Program-made: the position numbers and the translations under genes
The notes under the pieces: generated by a model
Databases searched by the model: none
Seen by the model: the letters and a program-made list of their open reading frames with translations, nothing else
Told to the model about the DNA's origin: nothing
Origin: a bacterium
GTDB taxonomy: Bacteria; Bacteroidota; Ignavibacteria; UBA10030
DNA: 17,439 bases
Assembly: GCA_043803945.1 (NCBI GenBank)
Contig: JAZDJN010000005.1
Span: forward strand, 1 to 17,439
Direction: 5' to 3'
In this document: piece by piece, positions 1 to 9,495 of the stretch
Layout of the letters: every line of letters starts with the position of its first letter
Position numbering within the stretch: position 1 is the stretch's first letter

Positions 1-381
1 GCCGTGAACTTAGTACGACGTGTTCCCACGTCTTACCTCACGGTGGCTTCGACTTGAACGACAAATTTCGCCGTATGGTTCTTTCATCCATATAGGTATT
101 TTGTTATGTTGTTGCTACGCACGCCTCGTGGCGTACCAAAGAACACAAAGTATACAATGTAATTAATTTGAAATTTTTTCACTTTTATAGATCTTCCTTC
201 GTGAACTTAGTGGTTAAATTATTTTCTATACTTTTCAACCGGGTTTTTAGGAATGATCTTTGCAAGAAGACGGACTTCTTTATATTTTTGGCGTGAATGC
301 ACTCAGCAAGTTCAGCAGTCCCTTGAGTGCCTTCTTTTCTATTTGTGGGTGACTAAAAAGTACGCCAAGGGTGTCACGGTC

Positions 382-417
382 CCTGCCCGACATATTTGAT
401 CTAAAGGGGCAGGCGGG
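382..417. repeat. 36-nt palindromic mini-repeat, copy A
   Basis: CCTGCCCGAC-N15-GGGCAGGCGGG, with the same length and ends as 1930-1965. Confidence 0.7.
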
Positions 418-633
418 CACACCGTGACACATGAAATCTGAATATTTTCCGCATTTTGCGTCACGAAGTGGTTCGTGACGCCCTAGGTTTTTTTCTTTTT
501 GGACTGCCTCAATTTACTACTCATTCGAATTACAATTCATTAATCAAGTCATACGGCGTTTGCAAGAGATGGACTTGATCCTGAAGCTGTGAATATTACG
601 CTGAGTAAATACGCGGGCATTAGAAATTCAAGG

Positions 634-1098
634 TCATTCCGGATAAAACCTGAACGACACTCCGAGACCGACTCCCATGCCTATTTTCGGAATAACCATC
701 AATGCCGGGCCAAGCTCGATTGATAGTTCAAATGGATGACCGGGAATCATGTAATTTGCTCCAAACACACCACGGATGCCAAGCCCCACTTTTTGATTCT
801 CAATTTCCGGTCCACCCAAAAGTTCGCCCATAAAAGCGCCCGGTCCGTAATAAAATCGCCAATCCTTATTCCGAAATGTTTCAGTATGATAGAGGTAATC
901 GGCAACTGCAACAACGCCATGCCCGCTGCTGCCAATGGCGCCCTGAACTGCAGTTCTATCCGAGTCCCAATACTTCATTGTGAATCCGGAAGGCGAGCCC
1001 AGAATAACACCGAACCCGAATTTCTCCCGCTTCGTGTCAGCCGAAAAAAGCTGGCTCACAATCAACGATAGAAGAAAAACACATATTCCTTTTTTCAT
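634..1098 (-). CDS. Small secreted protein, probable outer-membrane beta-barrel (DUF3996/BAPKO_0422-like)
   Basis: 154 aa ORF with a signal peptide (MKKGICVFLLSLIVSQLFSA), Gly/aromatic alternating strands (FGFGVILGSPSGFTMKYW) and a C-terminal aromatic strand (GVSFRFY). AGGAG lies upstream on the minus strand. Family named from memory only. Confidence 0.6.
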   Translation of the reverse strand: MKKGICVFLLSLIVSQLFSADTKREKFGFGVILGSPSGFTMKYWDSDRTAVQGAIGSSGHGVVAVADYLYHTETFRNKDWRFYYGPGAFMGELLGGPEIENQKVGLGIRGVFGANYMIPGHPFELSIELGPALMVIPKIGMGVGLGVSFRFYPE

Positions 1099-1457
1099 TA
1101 AGCTAATCTCCTAAATAATTTTCTCTTTTCATTCTCTGTGTCGGTCCTCATCTTTCATCTTCCGTCTACCATTTACCGTTTACCTCTCTATCATCTCACT
1201 TCTCTCATCTCTTCTTACTTACTCACGTTACGCTGAGTAAAAATTGAAATCCTGTGCTTAAAGATCTGAACCGCCAAGTGCGCCAAGGGCGCCAAAGTTA
1301 TTTATATGTTAAAAAGGATCTGAGAACAATTCATAAACATCTTGGTGTTTTGGTGTTCTTGCCCGCCGGCGGGCGGGCAGAGCGGTTACTCTTTTCCTAT
1401 CACTGTTCTCAAATCTTTATTAATGCGTAATATCAGTTTCTTCATACTTAATACTTT

Positions 1458-1823
1458 CTACTTCTTCAATTTTACATTCAACACCGACAAGAGTTTCGAA
1501 AGTGAAAATGGTTTTGGAATATAGTCTTCTTCACTCAGTTTCATTTTATCGATAAGGTGTTCCGGATTCGGGTCCGCCGTCAGAAAAACAAACGGGATCG
1601 GAGAGAGCTGCGGATCGTTTCGGAACTCCTGGAAGGTTTCAAATCCATCCATAACCGGCATTGTAACATCGCAGATGATCAGATGCGGAAGTTCAGCACG
1701 TGCAAGTGCCAGGCCCTCGGCTCCATGTTCGGCAAGAATCACCTGATAGCCTAACTTCTCAAGAGTCTTCTGGATAACCAGCCTCGTTGTTCGATCATCA
1801 TCAATGATCAGTATTTTCTGCAT
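1458..1823 (-). CDS. Single-domain response regulator receiver (CheY-like)
   Basis: KILIIDDD acidic pocket, LIICDVTMPVMDG phosphoacceptor Asp, FLTA and YIPKPF motifs. Start placed at the ATG at 1823 (GGAGG upstream) rather than 1868. Confidence 0.9.
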   Translation of the reverse strand: MQKILIIDDDRTTRLVIQKTLEKLGYQVILAEHGAEGLALARAELPHLIICDVTMPVMDGFETFQEFRNDPQLSPIPFVFLTADPNPEHLIDKMKLSEEDYIPKPFSLSKLLSVLNVKLKK

Positions 1824-1929
1824 TGCCTCCTCCTTCGACTTCTCAAGACGATCATGCACAGAAACCAACTTAGTGGCTCACATTACGCAAAAACAAAAAA
1901 TAAGACTCTTTGAAAGAAAATCTGGCCGC

Positions 1930-1965
1930 CCTGCCCGACTTAGAGTATCCGCTTGGGCAGGCGGG
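1930..1965. repeat. 36-nt palindromic mini-repeat, copy B
   Basis: CCTGCCCGAC-N15-GGGCAGGCGGG. Related shorter or variant copies lie near 1361-1381, 2070-2128 and 7148-7208. Confidence 0.7.
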
Positions 1966-2180
1966 CAAGTGCGCCCCAGCCCGCCATGCGGTCTGGCGGG
2001 AAGAATTTTATTATTTGATTGTTTTCATAAGGATCTGAACATCTATCACACTTAAATCTTGGTGTTTTGCCTGCCTGCTGCAGGCAGGGCGTTCTTGCCC
2101 GCCTGTGCGCCGCTTGCGGCGGGCAGGGCGGCAAATCTTTCTCTTTTTCTGATCTTACTCAGTTCCATGCGTAACATAAG

Positions 2181-5045
2181 TTAGTGAGTTACCAGATATT
2201 TTTTTAAATATTTGCCCGTGTGCGATTGTGGTACAGATGCAATTTGTTCCGGAGTCCCTGTGGCCACAACTTGCCCGCCTGCAGCGCCGGCCTCCGGGCC
2301 CAGGTCGATGATGAAATCGGCGCACTTCACAACATCCATATTGTGCTCGATGACAATGAGTGAGTGTCCTGCTTCAACAAGAGCGTGGAAGCAATTTAAA
2401 AGTTTGGCAATATCGTCAAAGTGCAGCCCGGTTGTCGGTTCATCGAAAATAAAGAGTGTCTTCCCCTCTGCCTCTGATGCCTGAAGATGATTCGCCAATT
2501 TAATACGCTGTGCTTCGCCCCCGGAGAGTGTGGTGGCGGGCTGCCCAAGTCGGAGGTATCCCAGGCCCACATCATTGAGCACTTTGAGTTTATGGACCAC
2601 TCTTTTTGCATGAGGAATGTCAGAGAAGAAAACGATCGCCTCGGTGACAGTCATGCGCAGAATATCATCCACATTCTTTCCATGGCAGCGAATTTCCAGC
2701 ACCTCTTGCTTAAAGCGTTTTCCTTTACATGATTCGCATGTAAGATGGAGGTCTGCAAGAAATTGCATTTCAATCTTCTGCACACCATCCCCTTCGCAGA
2801 GGTCGCATCTGCCGCCAGGGACATTGAAAGAAAAATGCCCCGGCTTGAAACCGCGAATCTTGGCGGCCTGAGTTCCTGCCAGGAGATCGCGGATTAGATC
2901 AAACACTTTTATGTAGGTGGCCGGATTGGAGCGAGGGGTGCGGCCGATGGGAGATTGATCGACCAATTCAATCCCATGGATGTGCTCTCCTCCCTGTATC
3001 GATTCCACCTTGCCGACGCTTCCTTCAAATCCTCCCTTCTGCTTCTGAAGCCCCGCAAAAAGGATTTCGTGGACGAGCGTACTTTTTCCCGATCCACTGA
3101 CACCCGTGATACACACAAACATGTTCAACGGAATTCGAACATCGATATGTTTTAAATTATGCTGTGATGCACCTTTGACGTACAGTGAGCGTTCGCCATC
3201 CTTCCGGCGCTGCAGCGGCAATGGAATGACTGACTGCCCGTTGAGATAGTGCGCTGTCAGCGATTGCGTGTTCGAGAGCAATGCCTCCGTTGGCCCGACG
3301 AATACAACTTCACCTCCGTATTCACCGGCCCGCGGCCCCATATCCACCAGAACATCAGCCGCGCGCATCATATCTTCATCATGCTCGACGACGATGACAG
3401 TATTGCCGACATCCCGCAACGATTGAAGAATAGCAATGAGCTTGTTGTTGTCGCGTGGATGCAGGCCGATGCTTGGTTCATCGAGCACGTAGAGCGACCC
3501 GACGAGTGTCGAACCGAGTGCTGTGGCAAGATTGATACGCTGCGACTCGCCGCCGGAGAGTGTCATGCTCAGCCGTTCCAGCGAAATATATCCGATGCCG
3601 ACATCATAGAGGAATTTCAGTCTGCGGCGTAGTTCATCCAGAATTCGGCGGGCAATATCCATTTCGAAGGGGCTCAATTCAAGCGAGAGGAAAAATTGAT
3701 AGGCCTCATCGATTGTCATGCGGACAATATCGTGAATGGTTTTTCCGGCAACACGAATGTTCAGGGCATCGCTGCGAAGCCTGGCACCGCTGCACAAATC
3801 GCAGGTCGTGTATCCCCGATAGCGCGAGAGCAACACACGGTAATGAATTTTATACGATTTGCTCTCGATGAATTTGAAAAACTTGAACAGGCCGTCGAAC
3901 TTGCCGTGGCCTTTCATAATGATTTCGCGGTGTTTTTCCGAGAGTTGGCTGAACGGTACATTCACGGGCAGCCCTGCGGAAAAAGCAACGTCGAGCATTT
4001 CCAACGCATATTTACGCCACTTTGGAGTTGTCCATGGATGGATAGCACCCTGCCGGAGTGTTTTCTTTGGATCGGGAACAACGAGATCCATATCGATACC
4101 CATTGAACGGCCGAATCCCTGGCACTTGGGGCAAGCACCAACCGGATTGTTGAAGGAAAAGAGGCGCGGATCGGGATCCTCATATCGCAGGCCATCGTTC
4201 CGGCATTCATAATGCTGTGTGAAATGGAGGAGATGCAGCGTCTCCATGAAATAGAGATAGCAGTAGCCGTCGCCTTCGACAAAGGCTGCCTCGATAGAAT
4301 CTGCAAGACGCGATTCACTTTCTTTTTCACCTTTTCGGAGGATGATCCTGTCGACGAGGACAAAAATTCCTTTCTTGCTCTTCGCCTTGAATTCCTGTTC
4401 GTTCAAATCGATCAGTTTGCCTTTGACGACAATCCGGAAAAATCCTCGTTTCTTAAGAACATCAAACTCCTCCTTGAGCGAACGGCCTGGATGGTCGTGC
4501 AGTGGGAACATCACATAGAGTTTTGTTCCATCCGGTTCCTGATGCAGCCGGTCAACGACAGTGGAAACTGTATCGCGCTTGACGAGTTCGCCACAGGATG
4601 TGCAATAGGTGTGCCCTATCCTGCCGAAGAGCAGCCGGAGATAGTCATAAATCTCAGTACTGGTAGCAACGGTGGAGCGGGGATTGCGAGTAGAGGTTTT
4701 CTGTTCGATAGCTATGGACGGGCTGATGCCCTGGATGAAATCGACATCGGGCTTATCCATTCGTTCAAGAAACTGGCGGGCATAGGAAGAGAGGCTCTCA
4801 ACGTATCGCCGCTGCCCCTCGGCATAGATCGTATCGAACGCGAGGCTTGATTTGCCCGAACCGCTCACACCGGTAACCACGATAAGCTTATTGCGGGGCA
4901 GCTCCAGACTCACATTTTTAAGGTTATGGACTCTCGCACCACGGATAATGATGGAAGTGAGTTTCCTTGCCGGCCTGATGTTTTCCCCTTCTGCCGTCAA
5001 TTTCTTCTCTTCGGGCTGTTTCGATATGTTCTTTGATTTCGGCAT
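2181..5045 (-). CDS. uvrA: Excinuclease ABC subunit A (UvrA)
   Basis: 954 aa. [13 protein letters not shown], two Walker A motifs (GVSGSGKS), [12 protein letters not shown], signatures LSGGESQRI and LSGGEAQRI, Walker B LDEP/FDEP, and CxxC zinc modules. Confidence 0.97.
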   Translation of the reverse strand: MPKSKNISKQPEEKKLTAEGENIRPARKLTSIIIRGARVHNLKNVSLELPRNKLIVVTGVSGSGKSSLAFDTIYAEGQRRYVESLSSYARQFLERMDKPDVDFIQGISPSIAIEQKTSTRNPRSTVATSTEIYDYLRLLFGRIGHTYCTSCGELVKRDTVSTVVDRLHQEPDGTKLYVMFPLHDHPGRSLKEEFDVLKKRGFFRIVVKGKLIDLNEQEFKAKSKKGIFVLVDRIILRKGEKESESRLADSIEAAFVEGDGYCYLYFMETLHLLHFTQHYECRNDGLRYEDPDPRLFSFNNPVGACPKCQGFGRSMGIDMDLVVPDPKKTLRQGAIHPWTTPKWRKYALEMLDVAFSAGLPVNVPFSQLSEKHREIIMKGHGKFDGLFKFFKFIESKSYKIHYRVLLSRYRGYTTCDLCSGARLRSDALNIRVAGKTIHDIVRMTIDEAYQFFLSLELSPFEMDIARRILDELRRRLKFLYDVGIGYISLERLSMTLSGGESQRINLATALGSTLVGSLYVLDEPSIGLHPRDNNKLIAILQSLRDVGNTVIVVEHDEDMMRAADVLVDMGPRAGEYGGEVVFVGPTEALLSNTQSLTAHYLNGQSVIPLPLQRRKDGERSLYVKGASQHNLKHIDVRIPLNMFVCITGVSGSGKSTLVHEILFAGLQKQKGGFEGSVGKVESIQGGEHIHGIELVDQSPIGRTPRSNPATYIKVFDLIRDLLAGTQAAKIRGFKPGHFSFNVPGGRCDLCEGDGVQKIEMQFLADLHLTCESCKGKRFKQEVLEIRCHGKNVDDILRMTVTEAIVFFSDIPHAKRVVHKLKVLNDVGLGYLRLGQPATTLSGGEAQRIKLANHLQASEAEGKTLFIFDEPTTGLHFDDIAKLLNCFHALVEAGHSLIVIEHNMDVVKCADFIIDLGPEAGAAGGQVVATGTPEQIASVPQSHTGKYLKKYLVTH

Positions 5046-5196
5046 GTTTGTAAGTGAAACTTACCCCTCTAAGTTGCGAAATGCAATCAGAAAATATAAT
5101 CGCACCAGTCACCTCGTTCCTTGATCTGAACAACATGCTTAATCACTTCTTTGATTTCTCGTAACTGCTTAGTAATCCAATTACTGATTCATTTCT

Positions 5197-5555
5197 TTCT
5201 CCCCCTTTCCAAAAGGGGGCCGGCCCGCTCCACCGACCTGTCCGCCGAAGTTCGAAGAACAAAGGCCGAAGCGGGAGCGAGGCTGGAGGGGGATTTTAGA
5301 GAAGCTGCAAATAAATCTCATTGAGAACTCCAACTCCAGCGAACCCCCCATATCGGGATTGTCCAAAAAGTAATTTCTAGTGCGAATGCGTCCCCGCCGA
5401 GGATTTTAATTTCGCCAATTCTTTCGGCGAGACGCCTTCGGGCTATCGTTATTTTTTCTTTTTAGACGGCCTCGGGTTGAGTTACTTCTTGCTCTGACTC
5501 ATCCCCACACCCACTTCTCTACAACTTAGAGAAGGGGGATTGAGGGGGTTGAGTA
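5197..5555. repeat. Intergenic cluster of REP-like hairpins between divergent uvrA and the peptidase gene
   Basis: CCCCCTTT-CC-AAAAGGGGG hairpin, TCCCC...CTTCTCTA/TAGAGAAG..GGGGA hairpin, and CGCCGA.../TCGGCG arms. Confidence 0.5.
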
Positions 5556-5862
5556 AGCCTCAAAATGTTCCCGCAGAAGAACATCACTCATCAACAAATC
5601 CGCTCATTATCTTACCCCGTTATATACAAATGGAAAACAAATTATCCTTTGGGTGAACTATGATGAGAAATTACGAAAAAGGAATAGAACCGAAATTATG
5701 GCAGGTGGGAATTTTGGACAGTGTTTCTTTTCCATATGTATAAAGGAATTAAGACATATCCTCTTCCATTGCTTTTCGTGTTGGCTCTCTCTACATTCTA
5801 TCAACATCACCATTGCAATCCTCATGATCAATAATCGTTCATACCTTTCTCAGGAGACCGCC

Positions 5863-7143
5863 ATGAAAAATATTTTAGCTGCTCTTCTCAGTTTAATCTG
5901 GTTTGCGGCTTATGCCCAGGAAGACCAGTTGTTGGTCCGCCTGAAGGCCTTGCCCGATGTGGCGGAAGTACAACCTGCACGAGTCGATCCGCTTTTCAAA
6001 TCGGGGTACGAGCTTCGCATTCGGCAGCCGCTCGATCATGCCAATCCATCGGGAAAGACTTTTCTTCAATCGGTCTATCTTTCACACGCTGATTTCGATA
6101 AACCCGTTTTGTTTGAGACCGAAGGATACTCTGCACGGAGTGGAAGCATGCCGAAGGAGTTGACCTCAATACTCAAATGCAATCAGATTATCGTGGAGCA
6201 TCGGTACTTTGGAAAATCGAGTCCGGATACATTGCACTGGCAGTATCTCACCACAAAACAGGCAGCCGACGATCATCATCATATCGTTCAGTTATTGAAG
6301 AGCCTCTACAGAGGAAAATGGATAAGCAGCGGCACAAGCAAAGGGGGGCAGACGACTTTATTTTTCCGTTACTATTATCCAAAGGATGTCGATGTGAGTG
6401 TTGCCTACGTGGCGCCGGTCAATGTCTCTCAGGAAGATCCCCGTTTGATCAAGTTCCTGCGGGCTGTTGGGACCGAAGAAGTGCGAGAGAAGATTAAAAA
6501 GTATCAGATTGCGATGTTGAAGCGGGAGCCCGAGATGCTGCCGATGATTGACACGTTGGCGAAGAAGAGAAATCTCACCTTTTCTATTGGAAGGACGCTG
6601 GCGTACGAGTATGGTATTCTTGAATATGCATGCAGTTTCTGGCAGTCTGGCCATTCTGCCGATCAGATTCCGCCGCCCGATGCTCCTGCTGACTCGATGA
6701 TGAATTATTTCGATAAGATCGGCACATTATTTTACTACACCGATCGCGGCATTAAAACGTTCGAGCCATTCCAATATCAGGCATACACCGAAATCGGGTA
6801 TTACGGGTATGACATTTCCGATTTCAAGCAATACCTCACAGCGATGAAAAACCCAACGAACAGTATTCTTGCGCCGAGGAATGTCGAGTTAAAATTCAAT
6901 CCGGTGACGATGTATAATGTTTATTCCTGGCTTCGCGACTATGGGAGCAATATCATCTACATCTATGGAGAGACTGATTTGTGGGGAGCTACTGCTGTAG
7001 AGCTTTCGGGCATGACCAATGCTTTGAAGATTGTAAAGAAAGGTGGTGCACATTCTACCAGAATCAGGACTCTCCCGCGCGAACAGCAGGAACAGGTGTT
7101 CGGAGCTTTGGAGGAGTGGCTGGGAATAAATTTGGAATGGTGA
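5863..7143 (+). CDS. Secreted serine aminopeptidase, S37/S28-like alpha/beta hydrolase (PS-10/tripeptidyl aminopeptidase-like)
   Basis: Likely start at ATG 5863 after AGGAG, followed by a signal peptide. Motifs QPLDH, VEHRYFGKS, QAADDHH, nucleophile elbow G-T-S-K-G-G, IYIYGETDLW and GGAH. Confidence 0.85.
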   Translation: MKNILAALLSLIWFAAYAQEDQLLVRLKALPDVAEVQPARVDPLFKSGYELRIRQPLDHANPSGKTFLQSVYLSHADFDKPVLFETEGYSARSGSMPKELTSILKCNQIIVEHRYFGKSSPDTLHWQYLTTKQAADDHHHIVQLLKSLYRGKWISSGTSKGGQTTLFFRYYYPKDVDVSVAYVAPVNVSQEDPRLIKFLRAVGTEEVREKIKKYQIAMLKREPEMLPMIDTLAKKRNLTFSIGRTLAYEYGILEYACSFWQSGHSADQIPPPDAPADSMMNYFDKIGTLFYYTDRGIKTFEPFQYQAYTEIGYYGYDISDFKQYLTAMKNPTNSILAPRNVELKFNPVTMYNVYSWLRDYGSNIIYIYGETDLWGATAVELSGMTNALKIVKKGGAHSTRIRTLPREQQEQVFGALEEWLGINLEW

Positions 7144-7281
7144 ATTGCCTGCCTGCCGGCCTGTCCTGAAACGAAGTGTAGGCGGAAGCACGAACTGCGC
7201 AGGCGGGTGAATAGTATATTCAATGATGTTGCAGCATTCAGTAACTTAGCCAATCAATAAGTTGTTTTTTTCTCGTACCAG

Positions 7282-7310
7282 TTGCTTTTTGCGCAAGAGG
7301 TTTCTACATT
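7282..7310 (+). promoter_or_regulatory. Candidate sigma70-type promoter for the recombinase region
   Basis: TTGCTT-17 nt-TACATT about 60 nt upstream of ORF 7373. Motif match only. Confidence 0.35.
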
Positions 7311-7372
7311 TGCAATGCCTTCGTGCGCCGGGATTGCGGGGGGGCATATCTTAGAGCTACTCAGGTAATGGG

Positions 7373-7657
7373 ATGCAAATCTCCAGAGAGGTTGTGCGAT
7401 ATAAGCCATTACTCGATCGAATGGTTGCGGAATTAAAGCTCAGGGACTATCCAACCAGAGATCGAGTTCTCACACTGTCAAACAGGACAGGCCGATATGA
7501 GACCATCGAGTCAAATCGGAGCTGTAGACGCGCAATCGTTCAACCTGCCTCTTCTCAACAAACCACACAGTGCATCCTTACCATTGAGCTCCGCAAGTGT
7601 GAATTCATTCTCAAAGATATTCAAGACAACTTTTTCGCGAGAGCGTTCCGTGGCTGA
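7373..7657 (+). CDS. Possible small or degenerate integrase N-terminal (SAM-like) domain ORF
   Basis: KPLLDRMVAELKLRDY resembles the recombinase N-terminus KKLFDVLGQEMRLRNY. Its stop lies just after the GTG at 7650. Could be a pseudogene remnant. Confidence 0.35.
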   Translation: MQISREVVRYKPLLDRMVAELKLRDYPTRDRVLTLSNRTGRYETIESNRSCRRAIVQPASSQQTTQCILTIELRKCEFILKDIQDNFFARAFRG

Positions 7658-8513
7658 GAAACCGAAAAAACTGTTTGATGTTTTGGGGCAGGAGATGAGA
7701 CTGAGAAACTACAGTCCTGAGACCATCAAAGCGTATAAATGCTGCATTCGATCGCTCGCCGCTTTCGTCGCGCCAAAGCATCCTCGTGATTTAACCGGTG
7801 AAGATATACGTAAATTTTTGGTCTATCAAGTTGACTTCAAGAAGCTCTCATCTGGAACGATCACCCAGATGATCAACGCGTTTCGATTTCTCTATGTCGA
7901 GATGTATAAACGGCCACTGGTTTTGACCGACCTCAAGCGCCCCCGTAAGGAATATAAACTTCCGGTAGTTCTTTCAGAAGAAGAGGTGAAATCGTTATTT
8001 GAGTCATTGGGAAACATTAAACATCGTGCGATGATGATGCTTGTCTATTCGGCGGGATTGCGGGTTCGAGAGTTAGTGCAGTTAAGGCCTGAGGATATTG
8101 ACAGTGATCGAAAGATGATTCACATCCACGGGGGCAAGAAAAAGAAGGATCGATATACAATTCTTGCTGATGTTGTGTTACAGGGATTGCGAGAGTATTG
8201 GAAAGCATACAGACCCAAGCAGTGGTTATTTGAGGGACGGAGAGAGGGCAAACCATATTCTCGGCGAAGTGCGGAGAAGGTATTTGAAAATGCAAAGGAG
8301 AAAGCGGGTATTTGCAAGCGAGTTTCGATTCATTCTCTGCGGCACGCTTTTGCAACTCATTTATTGGAACAGGGAACAGATATTCGATTCATACAGGAGC
8401 TTCTTGGGCACAGTAGTGTACGGACGACAGAGATCTACACACATGTGAGTAAGAGAAGAATTGAGGCGATCAAGAGCCCGATTGAACAGGTCATGCAGAA
8501 GAAACGGACATAA
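7650..8513 (+). CDS. Tyrosine recombinase, integron-integrase-like (N-terminal SAM_4-type domain plus catalytic domain), lacking the IntI-specific insertion
   Basis: EMRLRNYSPETIKAY N-domain and LPVVLSEEEV. Catalytic residues R (GLRVRE), K (GGKKKKDR), HSLRH, LLGH and Y (TTEIYTHV) are intact. The frame is open from ATG 7497, but similarity starts near GTG 7650, so the start is uncertain. Confidence 0.9.
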   Translation: MAEKPKKLFDVLGQEMRLRNYSPETIKAYKCCIRSLAAFVAPKHPRDLTGEDIRKFLVYQVDFKKLSSGTITQMINAFRFLYVEMYKRPLVLTDLKRPRKEYKLPVVLSEEEVKSLFESLGNIKHRAMMMLVYSAGLRVRELVQLRPEDIDSDRKMIHIHGGKKKKDRYTILADVVLQGLREYWKAYRPKQWLFEGRREGKPYSRRSAEKVFENAKEKAGICKRVSIHSLRHAFATHLLEQGTDIRFIQELLGHSSVRTTEIYTHVSKRRIEAIKSPIEQVMQKKRT

Positions 8514-8583
8514 TCACACTTTTTATTCGCCCATGAACCACATTGTGTTACAAACACGCAATTCGATATTGCAATAGTTATGC
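8514..8583 (+). other. Predicted attI-like primary recombination site (crossover G8577|TT)
   Basis: GTTATGC core at 8577-8583, 63 bp after the recombinase stop, with no attC body upstream. The sequence after it is the imperfect reverse complement of the sequence before the first attC (8996-9025), as at every other cassette start. It is preceded by the palindrome TATTGCAATA. The left boundary is uncertain. Confidence 0.7.
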
Positions 8584-9018
8584 GCGATGGGCTCGGGGCG
8601 TGCACGTTGGTTGAAGACAGCAGAACAAGAACGTCGTGGTGCTTTGCACCACGGCGAGCGAGTATTCATCAAAAAAAGTGGGAATCGATAGAGTTGCCTG
8701 GAATGAACAAAGTGTCGAATGGTAGTGAGTGACCGTCTCATTTGAGACATTCGTGAATTGAGAATATATTGAACTGATAAGGACAGGTATTGTGGAGAGA
8801 TTTCGTTACTCGTCTGAGTGTCTTGCTTGTAGGTCACTCACGAACAGAAGACACTTTGTTCAACACCAAAAAGTCTCTTTTAGTTCCCATTTTTTTGCTG
8901 CATCCACGGTGAAGCTGTGTCTGACTCGCTCTACATTCTTGTTCTATTATAGGAGGTAAGAAGAGACGACGAGGTTGATCGGAGGTCAACAACGGAACGT
9001 GTACCCCTCGCCCACCTC

Positions 9019-9165
9019 GCATAACAATACGGCAAAATGACGCTCGCTCTTTTATACAACCTCCCTAAAGCATTGTGCTCGCTCCATTGCAGCGCAGAAG
9101 GTGAGCTACAATACTAAGAAAGAAGTCAGTTTGCGCTGCAACGGCATTTTGCCTGTACGTTATGC
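9019..9165 (+). repeat. attC-like site 1
   Basis: GCATAAC...GTTATGC with inner stem GGCAAAATG/CATTTTGCC and conserved CGCTCGC and GTGCTCGCTCCA motifs. Confidence 0.9.
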
Positions 9166-9206
9166 GCCACCAATGGCGATCAATTCACTTAAACTAGGAG
9201 AAATCT

Positions 9207-9488
9207 ATGGCAAAAATTTTCGTTGTCGATCAGGAGCACAAAGCCGACGTAAAGGTCTATGCAACAAGCCAAGAATATTCTGCCGACCTTCTATATCACA
9301 TCGTTGACCAAGAGTACAATGCCAAAGGTGATGTGCTCTGGTTCTACGTTAGTGCAGAATATCAGTCTACCTGTAAGATATTCTGGGTTGACCAAGAACA
9401 CAGAGCCGATCTCAAAGTGTTCAAGGTTGATCAAGAGTACCAAGCAAAATGGAATAAGAATCATCGTTTTCAGAACAGACTAGGATAA
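9207..9488 (+). CDS. Small internally repetitive protein, DUF6150-like (cassette gene)
   Basis: 93 aa with AGGAG RBS and repeated (I/V)(F/Y)xVDQE(H/Y)xAD units. Confidence 0.7.
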   Translation: MAKIFVVDQEHKADVKVYATSQEYSADLLYHIVDQEYNAKGDVLWFYVSAEYQSTCKIFWVDQEHRADLKVFKVDQEYQAKWNKNHRFQNRLG

Positions 9489-9495
9489 ACAAGCC

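Noticed and set aside
2212-5136. Many alternative-frame and antisense ORFs over uvrA (e.g. 4212-4850 +)
   Set aside because: They are shadow ORFs of a long conserved gene and have no recognisable motifs.
5653-5862. N-terminal extension of the peptidase ORF
   Set aside because: The RBS and signal peptide indicate a start at 5863. Upstream extensions of ORFs 11556, 14134 and 1868 were trimmed for the same reason.
7210-7650. LexA/SOS box upstream of the recombinase
   Set aside because: I saw no convincing CTGT-N8-ACAG-type box in a promoter position, and the host's LexA motif is unknown. Proximity to uvrA is not evidence.
7650-8513. Calling the recombinase xerC/xerD, intI1-like, or an IS91-associated integrase
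   Set aside because: The N-terminus is of the LRNYSxxT type rather than Xer, the IntI insertion is absent, and no Y2 transposase follows. No gene symbol was assigned.
8523-9022. Minus-strand ORFs 8523-8837 and 8834-9022 as genes of the first cassette
   Set aside because: Their composition is atypical, they have no motifs, and they run across the attI and attC borders.
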